A stretch of 63,988 nt of DNA, counting the filler, from Octopus bimaculoides (taxonomy: Eukaryota), in the NCBI RefSeq assembly GCF_001194135.2. It is 9 parts of 6 records of this genome, joined end to end, with 100 filler letters (N's around TTAATTAATTAA, not from the genome) between each part and the next. Parts side by side here need not be neighbours in the genome. Positions count along the whole stretch, not along the records: positions 62,949 to 63,988 come from NW_026367806.1; 8 more parts are not named here. One strand, written 5' to 3'. The notes below the pieces were generated by a model, which did not search any database, was not told the origin of the DNA, and saw nothing but the letters and a program-made list of their open reading frames with translations. Each line of letters begins with the position of its first letter. Positions within the stretch are counted from its first letter, which is position 1. The translations under genes were made by a program, and so were the position numbers. Shown piece after piece: positions 63,223 to 63,988 of the stretch.

Positions 63223-63988
63223 AATAATGACAATAATGATTGGTTTAAATGTGAATTTAGATGTTCATTGGTTGATTGGCAAAACCATTATGGTGTCGAA
63301 CAATATACATTGCAGCATTTCTTCTAACTCTTTACGTTCTGAGTTCAAAACTCGCCATCAGAGATCGATGAAATAAAGTACCAGCCTAGTTCGGGGTTGA
63401 TAGTATCAATTTACCCCTTTCCTTAGAAATTTTTGGTCCTTCCCATGATCAAAAGCCATTGCTAATAAGGGCGGTGGATTGGCAGAATCGTTAGCGTATC
63501 GGACAATATGCTTTACGATATTAGATTCGGCTCTTTACCTTCTGAATTCAAATCAACTCCGAGGTGAACTTTTGTCTTCTATATCTCACGGTAAAGTAAA
63601 ATACCAGTCAAGTACTGGTTCGATATCATCAATTAAATCCCATTCTTCACAATTGCTGACCATGTACCAAAAGTGGAAACAACTTAAAATAATTATCTTA
63701 AAGCAAATTTGGCATGACGTTTGAATAAACCGTTATTCTTTTATTCTTTTGTTTGTTTCAGTCATTTGACTGTGGCCATGCTGGAGCACCGACTTTAGTC
63801 GAGCAAATCGATTCCAAGACTTATGATTTGTAAGCCTAGTACTTATTCTATCGGTCTCTTTTGTCGAACCGCTAGGTTACGGGGACGTAAACATACCAGC
63901 ATATATGTATATATACATATACATATATATTCATATATATATGGGGGTTTAGTTCACAGGTGATCTAAACGATTAGGTACGCTAGGTA

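Overview
AT-rich animal genomic DNA from a fragmented scaffold. The SINE, MITE and microsatellite repertoire suggests an octopus or other coleoid cephalopod (inference). Bases 1-20688 are nearly gap-free. They carry 8 coding exons (about 311 aa) of NADPH-cytochrome P450 reductase (POR): membrane anchor, complete FMN domain and the start of the FAD domain. All introns are GT-AG with compatible phases, and several exon sizes match vertebrate POR as I recall them. The 3' half of POR is not visible in the window. From 20689 onward the sequence is a chain of short contigs, eight of them joined by artificial 44N-TTAATTAATTAA-44N linkers. It consists of microsatellites, SINEs, MITEs and remnants of Tx1/L1, Penelope-like, R4/Dong-like, CR1-group and hAT elements. 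The most notable signal is a three-copy repeat family holding all hammerhead ribozyme core motifs (GUC, GAAAC, CUGAUGA) in a strand order that matches none of types I, II or III, i.e. a non-circular permutation. Two copies show compensatory base changes. Other signals are a SINE sharing its 3' tail with a putative Tx1 LINE end, internally inverted retroelements, and a sharp change in CpG decay at the end of the POR contig. All alignments and folds were done by eye; no database search was run.
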